This document shows, one piece after another, positions 36,584 to 48,700 of a stretch of DNA of 64,000 nt (its first letter is position 1; each line of letters begins with the position of its first letter). This DNA comes from Aplysia californica (Eukaryota), in assembly GCF_000002075.1 (NCBI RefSeq), contig NW_004797416.1, forward strand, positions 258,178-322,177. The letters run 5' to 3'. The notes under the pieces are model-generated. The model ran no database searches. It saw nothing but the letters and a program-made list of their open reading frames with translations, and was not told the origin of the DNA. The position numbers were made by a program, and so were the translations under genes.

Positions 36584-37853
36584 TGTTGTAAGTATGGACA
36601 TGACACCACGAGGATATCCTCCTCAATTCATCAGCATTTACAGTTTATACATCATAAAGCTTCAGGCATGCATAATAAAAAGCAACATCAAAACGGGACT
36701 AGTCGGGTCAACAGTCACAAGTGCGGAACACAAACAAGGTAGTCGGTGCAATCAATACTCATGGCTCAGCAGTAAATGGCAGATCCACTACAGAGGAATG
36801 ATGAAGAAATGACATATGAAACGTGATGTGCAGCCAATGATGATTATAGCAACAAAAACTGAAAAAAAAACCCATACGTACATATACTTGCTTTTACGCC
36901 CCCTTCACCTCTTTTTTCAAACCAGTTATTTCTGAGACAAGACTAGCCATCTTCATCTTTCACTGATGGGACAATGTTAGAAAATAAACTGATTATACAA
37001 ATGAAAATGTTGACAAGTTAGAGTATCACACATCTCTCATCCCATTTTCCAACCAGGTATTTCAGGTTTCACACAATTTTAAATGTAAAAAAACCCAAAA
37101 CAACTGTACACTTCCTTTGAATATACTGGTTCATAGCCCACCCTAAGACTCTTACTCTTACCTATAATGAAAACCTGTTTAGTGCTGTAAATTCAGCACA
37201 ATCCGAGACTCATGCATTGGAAATATTTTTTTTAAATGGCATGATCATCAAAGCTAGGGGGGTATCTGGCCACTACCAAACAGGTAGGGGGCGGAAACTA
37301 ACATAAAAATTGTGTAGTATTTGTCAACGTGCTTAAAATCAAAACTGTCTTTTTAACAAAGCAAGATAAAACCCACTAAAAATCAAGTAAATAAAGCATG
37401 CGCAAACACCAGAGCATTAATGACACAGAAGAGAAAACAGCCCCATGCAAGACTTTCAGCACTTTGGCCAACAAATTAGATTCCCCAAAAGTATTTACAT
37501 TACACATCATTAACATTCAGCTTGTCATGAAGGATAGACCCCCAAAAAAATCAGAAAAGACAAAGACCAACACAGCCAAAAAGTGATTTAGAATGCTCCT
37601 GAAAACCAACTAGAAAGGAAAGAAAAGAAAAAAAATTTATGCCAGCGAACTCAATGGGCTTTTAAGAAAGATTAAGAGTCCTTGAATTTCATTAGAAAAG
37701 GGAACGTGGAATATTTCAAGCACGTACATTAAAACAGTTGCACTAAAAGAATGAAATCAGAGGTCTATAGAGCAAACGGTATGGAGGAGTGGAGGGAATT
37801 GAAGAAGCACTGCCCATCAGCTGTGGCTCCCAACCATGATGATGTAGGTGTTG

Positions 37854-38062
37854 TGTTTTTTTACTCCCCCATCCATACAATATTTAACATTTAGGAGGCA
37901 GGCTTCCGATCTTGCCTGTTACAACTGTCAGAGCCAACCTGGCTGAGGGAGATGCAATATCCCAGCAGAAAGACACAGAGTAACCTAATAAAATTTTTTC
38001 CCCATTCTGGAATCAAACTCAGGTCTCCAGCACGCGACAGTGATGCGCCTAAACACTGGTCA
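37854..38062 (-). mobile_element. SINE family A copy in putative EXT2 3' UTR
   Basis: Colinear with 30033-30216; B box-like GAGTTTGATTCC on the - strand. Confidence 0.65.
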
Positions 38063-41000
38063 TGATGTCAACAAGTAACATGTAACAAAAGCCATAGAGC
38101 GGAAAGAGTTTCTAGGTTGTGTGTCCGTCTCAGAGACATGGACTCCATTCTTCATTGATGTGATTACGTCAGCGGAAAACACAGAAGAACCCACCAGCTT
38201 GGGGTGGAGTAAGATATTGTCATTTGAGTACATGGTGAACTGCTTAGAGACAAAATGAGACAGCTGTTGTTGTTTTTTTGTCGATTTTACTCCTTCATTG
38301 CCACAATTCAAATATTTCAGGAGATGTGCTGCTCGGACCCTGCTTGTTGACCCTGCAGCTCCTTTACAAAATACCCCACTTAAAAAAGCAGCAGCTAGCT
38401 AGAGGGAGTTGCGACTATTCTTGTTATAAAAAAAGAGTAAAACTGTAGACTTACATTGTATGACACATGTACATGAGGCTAAAACTGAAGAAAAAAAGAA
38501 TATCCACAAAGAGGACAGGGAACAGAATCAAGTACTTCTGGCACCCATCTGACTAAAAGGTACTCTGCATGCAAAAAACACATTAATCTCATTCCAGCAG
38601 TAGACAGGACACGGTCACACACACAAAAAAAATGCTTCACACTCACACAACGCGGGGTCCCACAACTGAAGGTTAGCTCAGAAGGAGAAGCATCCCTCTA
38701 GCTTGATGTACCTCTTCAACAACTGACAAACATCTTTTTAACAATTATAAACGTCAGTGCCAAAAATAATCGGATTCATATCTCTGTCTTCACTGAAAGC
38801 CATTCCTGCTTACATCCTCAAAAATTTCATGAATATAAACAGTTACAAGGAGCACAGGGTCTTGTAATCAAACATGTGTAGTACCAACAAAATTCAGCAA
38901 CAATAAAAACAGACCCCCCTCAAAACCAGTTACATTAATCAATTCATAAAATTCACCCAAAAAATGTAGGTCTGACAGATTACAGTGTATTTGATTCTTG
39001 CGGGTGGCAATGCACCCTTTCAATACTGGTCAGCAGAAACAAGAGCGTCAGACACCTAAGTCTTTCACCAAGTTCAACAAAGACAGCAACAAACATCAGA
39101 ATTGCACAGAAGTGATACATTGTCAATGTGCTACGTTAATAGCCGAAGCTATTCTTCATAGTTTTGAGGATAATTTTTAAAAAAACTTTCTTATTCCATG
39201 CTTCCCCCCCCCCCCCCCACAGGCTACATGATTTCTTTTTGGTAACCAAGAATGTCATCAGAGTATTTACATTACTTTTATGATGAGGCAGTGGATCATT
39301 GTTAGGAATGACATAGTGGATTAATTTGCTTTTCAATTTTTAATCTTGACCAAGCACATTACCATAGCACGTTGACAATGTGGCATTATTGACACCTGTG
39401 GCAAAAATCACCCAACCAAATTCTCCCTTTTGATATTCTTTCCCCCAGTAAAACAACCCAGACCACAGATCATTCACACATGTCTGGAGACACTGCAAGC
39501 CACCCAATGATTCAATCTACAACAGGACTCAAAGTATTTCTACTTCAATCCTTCATAAGACTGCATTCATCAAGCACACCATTTAGTCCATCATTAAAAA
39601 ATTATTGAAGAAAGCTGGCTTCCCCAGGGAAAAGATGAAGTCATTGAACTCTCCCTGAAAACAAATACTGAACACCAGGTTTTTTCAAGCGCTTTTCTTT
39701 CCATTTTGATCATTTAATTTATTGTGAACATTTTGAATTGCATTTCCAGTTGCCTAGTGTCATATGTTCCAATGCAGTAGTATTCCTTTTAAACAGTTAG
39801 TGAATGATTTGAATTCATGAATTTTTTGAAAAATCATGAATTTAAGTCACATGCAAAAAAAATAACAACCTGGTATAGAGTATTTCAAAACTTTCAACAA
39901 ACTACTATGGGAATAAAGTCAAAAGAGGGTGAATGGCCACAAGTTACTGGAATAATAATCTATCTACTATAGAGACAACAAAAATATATTTGGACTTAGA
40001 ATTTTATCACGGTGGTTCCGCATTCACCCCAAGTCACTTATCAATGTTTTAATAAAACAACTTAGGCACTAATAAATTTCTTTGTTTCCAAAAAGCACAC
40101 AAAGGAAACCTAAGCACTGACCTAACTTTCCTGTTAAAGAACAAATACATAACTAGAAATAGCACAAAAGTTTTCTTCTCAGATTACAAAAAGAAAAAGA
40201 AAAAAAGGGAAAAAGAAACAACCCCCGCAAACAAAAAGCTTGAGAGATTATGGAATGAAAATGATGAACTGTCCATTGACAAAGGACAGCAATAGAATAC
40301 AACTATAAATGCAATAAATTCAGCATGAATATACTTAGGGGCAAGCATCAAATGCTATGTACACATGAATCAGATCTTTCATCAGTCAACCTTGTTAAGA
40401 AGATCGGTGGATTATACAAATCTCAACTGCTTTCAAAAGCCATATATGAGATCAAAACAAACTATGCAATTTAGTTTCATGCAAACTCAGTAAACTAAGG
40501 ACTTTGAAAGAGCTGATGACAACTACTTGGCAAAACAACAATCCCACTGTAGGCTGTTAAAGAAAAGCTAGAAAATGAACAGGCACAACAGACAGGAAAG
40601 CGAAAAAGAAAGTGTCCAGTGACTGTTCATCAACATGCGCAAGAAGATCTGTGTCAGCTCAGAGTTTATCCCACATTTAAAACCAGTTTTGCAAAAGACA
40701 CCAACAAAAAAGCATTATCTGAAAGTTTGGCTGCAGATATCATTTGTCTGACATCCCAGTAGAAGCTATCAAGTCATTATCATATAAAATTTGTATTGTT
40801 TATTTTCAAAGAAATTTCTAATCACAAATAGTAGAGGCCTGCTTCAAACTCTTTGGTAAACATGTGGTCTTCAAACTAATATAGACAGTATAAAAATAAT
40901 GCAAAAGGACTTGTGAAATAAATATCTCAAGACGAGGTTGTTAACAAGTTTGTTTTGATTCAAGTCAAGCATATCATACTATTTTGTTCTACTCGTGCCA

Positions 41001-41377
41001 CAGCTCAAGTTTTTATCACATATATTTCTCTCTCTGTCCAGCTTATAACAACAGCGCTGTTCACAAACCTCAAACCTGGAAGACAAATGCTTCAGAAACA
41101 AATACAAGAGAGAGAATAAAATCAACAGAATACAAGAAAGCAAACGTTAAATAAAAAGAGGAGAGAGGCCCGGCAGCCACACAAGACTACCCAATCATAC
41201 GACCAGAACTAAGACCAGAACAACCTTGCTCACAGGGCACTAAAATAACAACAGAGGTAAAACAAAAGAGGAACTGAAAACCTCCCACTCATCCACCATC
41301 CCACATGACCCACCACTGTACAGATTAAGACAATTCCCACGGAAACAGAAACATTTTTCCTCACCACCCATCAAACA

Positions 41378-41596
41378 TCACAATGTTCCCAAATTGCTGA
41401 ACTTCATGAGCACCCCCGGGAACTTGTCCTTGTACAACACCGGATCTGCTCTGAATTCTATTGCCTTCAGGGGCATGGAGCCGTACAGCTTCTCAAAACA
41501 GTTAATGCACTCGGATCGCTCCACCATGTGCGAGGTGTCCGCTGACAGCATCTCTTTCACGCATTCCGGGCATTTGAACTTTTTGCGAGGGACAAC
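41378..41596 (-). CDS. EXT2: EXT2 last coding exon
   Basis: [12 protein letters not shown]...[10 protein letters not shown]...[10 protein letters not shown], ends TGA. Confidence 0.95.
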   Translation of the reverse strand, partial: VVPRKKFKCPECVKEMLSADTSHMVERSECINCFEKLYGSMPLKAIEFRADPVLYKDKFPGVLMKFSNLGTL

Positions 41597-44500
41597 CTGG
41601 AAGGTGGAAGAAGAATTATTTTTTAAAGTTTAATGTAACAATTCAAAATGCGTCTTTTAAACATGCATTCCACAAGTAATGGAACACAGGAGCAGCACAA
41701 AATAAATTGTTCTATGTAAANNNNNNNNNNNNNNNNNNNNNNNNNNNNNNNNNNNNNNNNNNNNNNNNNNNNNNNNNNNNNNNNNNNNNNNNNNNNNNNN
41801 NNNNNNNNNNNNNNNNNNNNNNNNNNNNNNNNNNNNNNNNNNNNNNNNNNNNNNNNNNNNNNNNNNNNNNNNGAGTAGACCACTTAAGCTGGCAAACAAA
41901 CATATACTCACAGCAAACAATACTAAACATAAAATAAACGATGCCTACAAATACAACAAGTGTAATGTTTTTTTCAGAGCTAGGATAAAAGTCTTGTGCC
42001 CAACATACCACAGCAGCAATCAAATTCTCAGTGAGGAGTAGCAGAACAAAGAGTGGAACAAATCCTACAGCAGTGCACGACACACACAGCCCTGAGACAT
42101 GACAGGTGGCTTACCCCTACCCCATCAACATTACAGAAGAAGCTGAATGGGCCAACAGAGGAACTAAAAAGAATGTACATAATAGATACCAGTCATCCAG
42201 TGTGATGCTATAAAGCAGATGAACAGTAATAAGAAAACAGCAATTAATTCAAAGCCTATCAACACATGCAACTGCTTAAGGGGGGCTCGAAATTTACGGG
42301 ACAACATTTTCAACTAAAGACAAATTGAAATAACTTTTGTCACAGGCAGAAAGTATGAGACAAAAGATTCATGTTGAACTGTTGACACACTTGATTACGT
42401 AAGCCGTTGCCATGGAAAACAGCGGATATTTTTATTCTCTCTGCCACTTCTACAGTTTATAACTTTTATGAATTTTGTAACTTGCAAAATGTCACAAATA
42501 AATAGATGCTCGCAGCTGGCCACTTTGATTTTTGATGCTATACTTAGAAAGTATCCAAAATTGTTCTCAAAGTTGGGGAAATATGTAATTTCATCTTAAA
42601 AAAATATTTTTGGCATGAAAAAAATTTTGTAAAAAAAAAAATCTAAAATGTAAAAAACTTACCAGCCCACTACAAGAACAAATCATTTCTCTATCTACAT
42701 GATAAATTTTAAGTCTGTGTGTTGGAAAATAAAAAAATTGTGGAGAAAATAAAACGGCATAAGCAAGTAAAAAGTGGTGAAAAAGTGTGTATTGAGAAAC
42801 ACAAGGTTAAACATCGCAAATGTTAGCACACAACATAGAACCCAATAAAAGCGAATTCTGTTAATTTTAGTCACTCAGCGACTAGTGTCAATATAATCTA
42901 GACTGAAGGAGGGATTGGAAAATACCAAAAGTAAAAAGTGTCAGAGTGAGTGAAAATCAGTCCCCGAGGCCCTAGAGCTCCCTTAAAAACTCTAATGAAC
43001 AGCTGACAGTAAACATCGTACCACAGCCTTCTCCTCTTATCTAGAAATAGGACACACATAGAAATACACATCACGACAAAAATTATTCAAGGGTAAGCAC
43101 ACCATGTAAGAGTTGAAACTGAAGTGGAAAACCTTCACATCCTGACTTCCTTCAACATCATGACTCCTTTGAGACCTAGTATAAACCTATAAATTCTATT
43201 GGCACGGAAAAAAAATTGGTCCATCTTCAAACATACCATAGAGAGAGAGAGAGAGAGCAACCACACTAACATGGGAGAGACAGGACCACTACACATACTG
43301 ACCTTGATCGGGGCTTTGCCCGTGATGTTTGTGACCAGAAAGTTCATAGCGATGTCCTCACAGTTGATGTGGTCGTCCACCCACTGCCTCAAGTTGCCTG
43401 GCATCCCGTATGTGTACATGAAGGAAAAGTACTGAAAAAGACATCAAAACACAGAGACAATTGCAGCATTTGTACCTGATCTCACAAATGTAGAACAACC
43501 TATGATAACAATGAGAAGATCTTAGTTTTAACGAGAGTTTTACTGCACTTGCAACACAACAAGGTCACGTTAGTGCTGAAGATTAGAGGAGTTACAAGAG
43601 AGTAACAAACACAAAAAAGGAGGAAAACTAAGGAGGATAAATGTTTGATAGAAAAGAAGCAAACCACACCTGAGCACCCGTCAACCACCCACTATGAGGA
43701 GATCAACACAGGGCTTTTACTACAAATTCACAACTCATGTCATAATCTCATAGATATGAAGACAATTCTTTGATAAAACAAACAAAAAAGTCCTAGTCAA
43801 TTACCAAGAAACAATTTGTAGCTGGTTCAGCTGAGACAAACAAGTTAATGCCTCTCCTGAAGAAGAGACAAGCCTCAAATGCTGAGCTTAATATTTCTTC
43901 ACTGTTTTTGAGGCTTCAAAGGCAACTATTTTATAATTACTGAAACGGTACAACCTCTTGGAGCTTCGGTAGTGCCTTTATAAGGATAGTAAAGTATAAT
44001 AGTTTTTCCAAGGGAACAAAGTCCAAGGAACCTAACCCATAACTGTTGAAAAGTGGAATACTGAATCTAACCTCAAACATACTGATCCCCCACCCCCCAC
44101 CCCCTCCCCCCCACCCGCTCAATCCCCACATTCCCAATTTTCCACACACAAAGACTCACTTTATGGTGGAAGGCGGCTCCAGTGAGCACCATGGAGATGG
44201 AGTTCATCCACTCAGACTCATAGCTGTAGCTCTGTGTCTCATTCTGCCACAAGTGGAGTCTTGATGGGTAACCCACCAGGCGGTCTGGGTTCTCCCGCCA
44301 TACCTGCCACACAAAGACAACAAATGTTGTTAAGATTCGTGCAATGTTGGGGGAGAACAGGACGTGTCCTTAGTGTGCCACAAATAAAACAACCCAAAAT
44401 AAACAGGATGTAAAGAAAACTTTTATAATCCTCCACTTGAAGAATAGAAACATGTTGTGCTGGATCACCCTCCAGTATAGATCAACAAACTATATCTTAA

Positions 44501-45716
44501 CTTGTCTAGAAAAAAGAACAAAATGACTGCTCAGTGGAAGACTCCGTCATACGTCACTTCATTTTCAAAATGGCCTGTGCGGAGTCTAACACTAAGCAGC
44601 TGAAAAGGCTTCCTTATTGTCAATGATATAACATACCAAAATATACATTTCAAATTCAGTGTTGAATCCGAAATAGTGCAGAACTGAAGATCCCTTGCCA
44701 TGACTGAAAAACTGTGATCACAGACTATTCAGACAGAGCTAACAACTTGTTCTTCAAATACGGTTGAAAGAAGAGAGCTAAACTGACAAAATGCTTATCC
44801 TCTTAATGGCAAGTCAATAGCAGATAATTTCTCAAGAAAGACAAATAGATGAGGCTGTCAAACAATTCACCCACCTCATAGCCAAACTCCATTTCATCGG
44901 CTGTAAGCATAATAATATCATCATCCAGAGCTAGAATGCACTCTGTCTCAATTTCATCATATGGGAAAAACCTGTAGAGAGAGAAAGAGAAAAACAATAA
45001 AATTTTATCTTCAAAGATTGTCTGCCAAGTATCAGAATTGCAGAAGGAAAAGGGTGAAAATGTATAATATTCTTAAGAAGTTCAGTGGGAGCCAACAAGG
45101 CTCACGAGAGATCCTAATGTGTTTAGCAAAAACAAATTCATTACAGATTACTTCCTGAACAGGCTTTTGTACACAATTTATTTACAGCAAATGGAGACGT
45201 TGGGAGAGAAAGAGAGAGAAAAAAGGAAGAGGAAAAGAAAAGAAGAGAACATTTGCATTTTGTTCCTGTCACAAGATACATAAATAAGTGCAAATTTTTG
45301 TTGTTGCTCCCTCCACACAATCAGATCGAACAAATGTTCTGCATTTTTTATTTGCTTGTTTGTTCACGTAAAGAGAAGCACATTGACTCAATAATGGTCA
45401 ACAGAGGGAAGTAAAAAAGTAGGACCTACCAGTGGCACCCTCCAACCACCCACCAAGCATTTTTGAGGGGACAGCAAAGATTGTAAGAGTGTGAAGTGTG
45501 CNNNNNNNNNNNNNNNNNNNNNNNNNNNNNNNNNNNNNNNNNNNNNNNNNNNNNNNNNNNNNNNNNNNNNNNNNNNNNNNNNNNNNNNNNNNNNNNNNNN
45601 NNNNNNNNNNNNNNNNNNNNNNNNNNNNNNNNNNNNNNNNNNNNNNNNNNGGAGGACGAAAGAGAGAGAGAGAGAGAAAGGGAAACCAGTTGACAGGATA
45701 CAGAGAAATAAAGGTG

Positions 45717-45780
<64 letters not shown>

Positions 45781-48700
45781 CAACAGACAGATATATGAAC
45801 ATGTTAAAATGAGCTTACCTGTTACTCAAACGGTTGAACTTGGTCTGAATCACTTTGATTGGCTTCCCAATATTGGGCCACTTGGACACTGCAAAAATGT
45901 AAGTAGAAAGAAAAGATCACTTTAATTTATCTCAGCAGAAATCACAGATTATAAAAATACAAATCACACAAAACAACACAATCAAAGTATACAACAAACA
46001 ATTCAAATAAATGTAAAAGAAAACACTTCATCCATACACACATTACAGTATAAAGTGCGGCTTACTGGCAGGTGGCTGTATTTCCTGGTTGTTCCACACG
46101 ACAATGACCTTGGCCAGGCTGGGTACTTTGCCGACCTGTCGGACCACCTGGAAGAGCGAGTCCACTCTGTCATAGGTCAGGATGACTGCAGTGAAGCCCA
46201 GCGACTTTGGCGCCCTCAATGGCAGGAACAGTGGGTTTTTTATTGCTTTCTGATCAAAATACAAGACAAAATATTTGTTTGTCAGGACATTTGAGATTTG
46301 AGCAAAGAGAAGCACTTCAACACAATAACGGTCATATAGTTTGTTTGTTTGTTTGTTTGTTTGTTTGTTTGTTTGTTTGTTTGGGTACATAAAAACATAT
46401 TGACACAATGATGATCATTTAGTGCTGGGAAAAAGCAAGACAGACAGACAGAAACAACAACGGGATAGTAAAGAAGTAGAAACTACCAGTGGCATCATCT
46501 AACCACCAAAATGATCACAAAGCGCAAGGAAGAAGTAACACAGATAGACAGAAGTAACAGAAGAAAAGATAAGAAGTAGGACCTATTTGTGGAACCCCCC
46601 AACCACCCAGATCAGGACATCCAAAGCTCGAACTTACAAAAATTCTTCATACACTCCTTGAAAATTAATATAAGCATAACATTTTGCCAGTGACAAATAA
46701 TGAACAGCATTGAGACCTTGTTGGGCAGCTCATTCCACTGGTCGTAGGTGTGAGCATCAAAGGGAAACACCCTGTCGTTGAGTATCTGCAACATGGTGAG
46801 TGTAATGTCTGACAGTGAGCTGAAGTAGCGCTGCCAGAAGTACTGGAGCTGCCGCCGCATACTGATGATGCGATCCCGGCTGAAGTTCTTCAGCACATCC
46901 AAAACCTCAGGAAGCTGCTCTTCGTTGATAGTGACTGCAGCTCTGTAGGGTTAGAAAGAAGTTTATTGTCAGGCTGTGGCTGAAGGCGATTTCACACGAC
47001 AATCAACACGTTTCACTTGGAACAGACTACAATGAAATACCAACACCAAAAAGAAGTAGAAGGAGCAGACTGTACAAGAGTGTCCACCAACCACCTGCTC
47101 AAAAACAGAGATTAAACAGATCTTCTGTGGCTCTGTTGTGCTTTAACAAAGCCAGTCACTTTCCAGATGTCGCAGAAAACTTTATCTCACTTGCATGGTT
47201 GTCTACAAGAGTTAATCTTTTCTGTGTTAAGATGCAGTTGCATGCAAATTTAATTTCGTTATACTTTTTTAGTTCATTTGCGGTAAAAGTAATCAAAGGT
47301 GAATTACTTCAAGAAAAATGTCTCAGTCAACATAAATAGCCTTTGCACTTTGTCCAGTATCAGCTATAATCAGCATCAGCTATCAGCTAGTTGGCATAAC
47401 AAAAAGCTTTTTTTTTTTTAAAAACCCTCCAAAAAAAAAGAAAAAAATGTAATTGTTTAAAATTTTAAATCATCAAATAGAAATATTTTAAAAACCCCAA
47501 AATACCCCAGCTAAACCCATACAAAACAACAACAAACCTTGTCCAGTCCAGCACTTCATGAAAGGGTAGGAGGAAGCCATCAGCGACGACCACAGGGATG
47601 CATTTAGCTTTGAGCGCATCCAAAAAAGAAGGTTGCCCTAAACGGTTGCCACGCAACACAAGGCAAAATGTGGAATTCTGTGAAATAAACAGTTATCTAC
47701 TTGGTAACAGCATTCTGAGAGTTAACGTGAAGCATTCCTGTTTTGTGTGAAGGAATAAAGAATATGTGAGGTTTGCTGACAAAATGAGTTACTTCTCCAA
47801 ATTTTGCCTTATTGATACATCAATTTTATAGGTGGAGTTCGTACAATTAATAAGTGCGAAATAATAAAAGACATGAGAGACTTGAAGAAAATGGCATCAA
47901 TTGAAAATCTTTAAATCTGACTCCAGTGTCAATTTTCAATCAATATCTCCATTTTTGGATTGCGAGAAGTAACTCATTTTGTCAGCACGTCTCACATAAG
48001 TTTGCAATGAGATGGTCAGACAACAATTAAAACAGTGATTTTAATTTCAGTCAGTTGGGCTCTCAGACATTCTCCAATATAAGAAAACAAGAGAAGCCAT
48101 AAATTTCTTTGATTGAGCCAAGAATCTCAAGGAAAAAGAACTAAAAATGTCTAACTTTTGCGAGACATAGAACAAATTTCTTCTAGAAACCAGATAGCCT
48201 ATATGTTCTGTGAAAAATGGATCAGGTCTCAGGGCACTATAAAAGTGCTCACACTGTTAACTTCCTCTCTATTGTGCAGTGTGACGGGAATGGGGGTCGG
48301 TGGGTGGGGACACTTTTATTTTTTTTATCACATAGTGGTACCAGAATGTCTGCAAAAACTTTTTATAAGACGGGAAATGGGTCGAAGGGTATACACTCAA
48401 AAGCTACTGGATTAACAAAAACAACATTCCACAGGATGAGTTCAATTGGCTTTTAAAAGCAAGATTTTTAGAGACGCCATTTGCTTGAATTAACAATAAA
48501 ATAAAAAGCATAAATTTCTTTTACAAACACAATCAATCGATCAACCCCCCCCCCTCCCCAACCAAAAGAAAAAATCCCCTTGCCTTTCATACAGCTCTGT
48601 TACTTCTGTCTAACGTCCTTCTTTTCCCGAGTACTAAATGATAACTATTACTAGATAGATGAACTTCATTGAAATTCAAACACAAAAAACCCCCCACCTG

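Noticed and set aside
25664-41377. Many 60-125 aa ORFs between BIG3 and EXT2
   Set aside because: No recognisable domains, no splice-consistent chain and an AT-rich UTR-like composition; some overlap repeats
41230-41380. Open frame continuing past the EXT2 TGA (readthrough or selenocysteine)
   Set aside because: The protein ends where EXT2 orthologs end, the context is not TGA-CTA(G), and I recognised no SECIS
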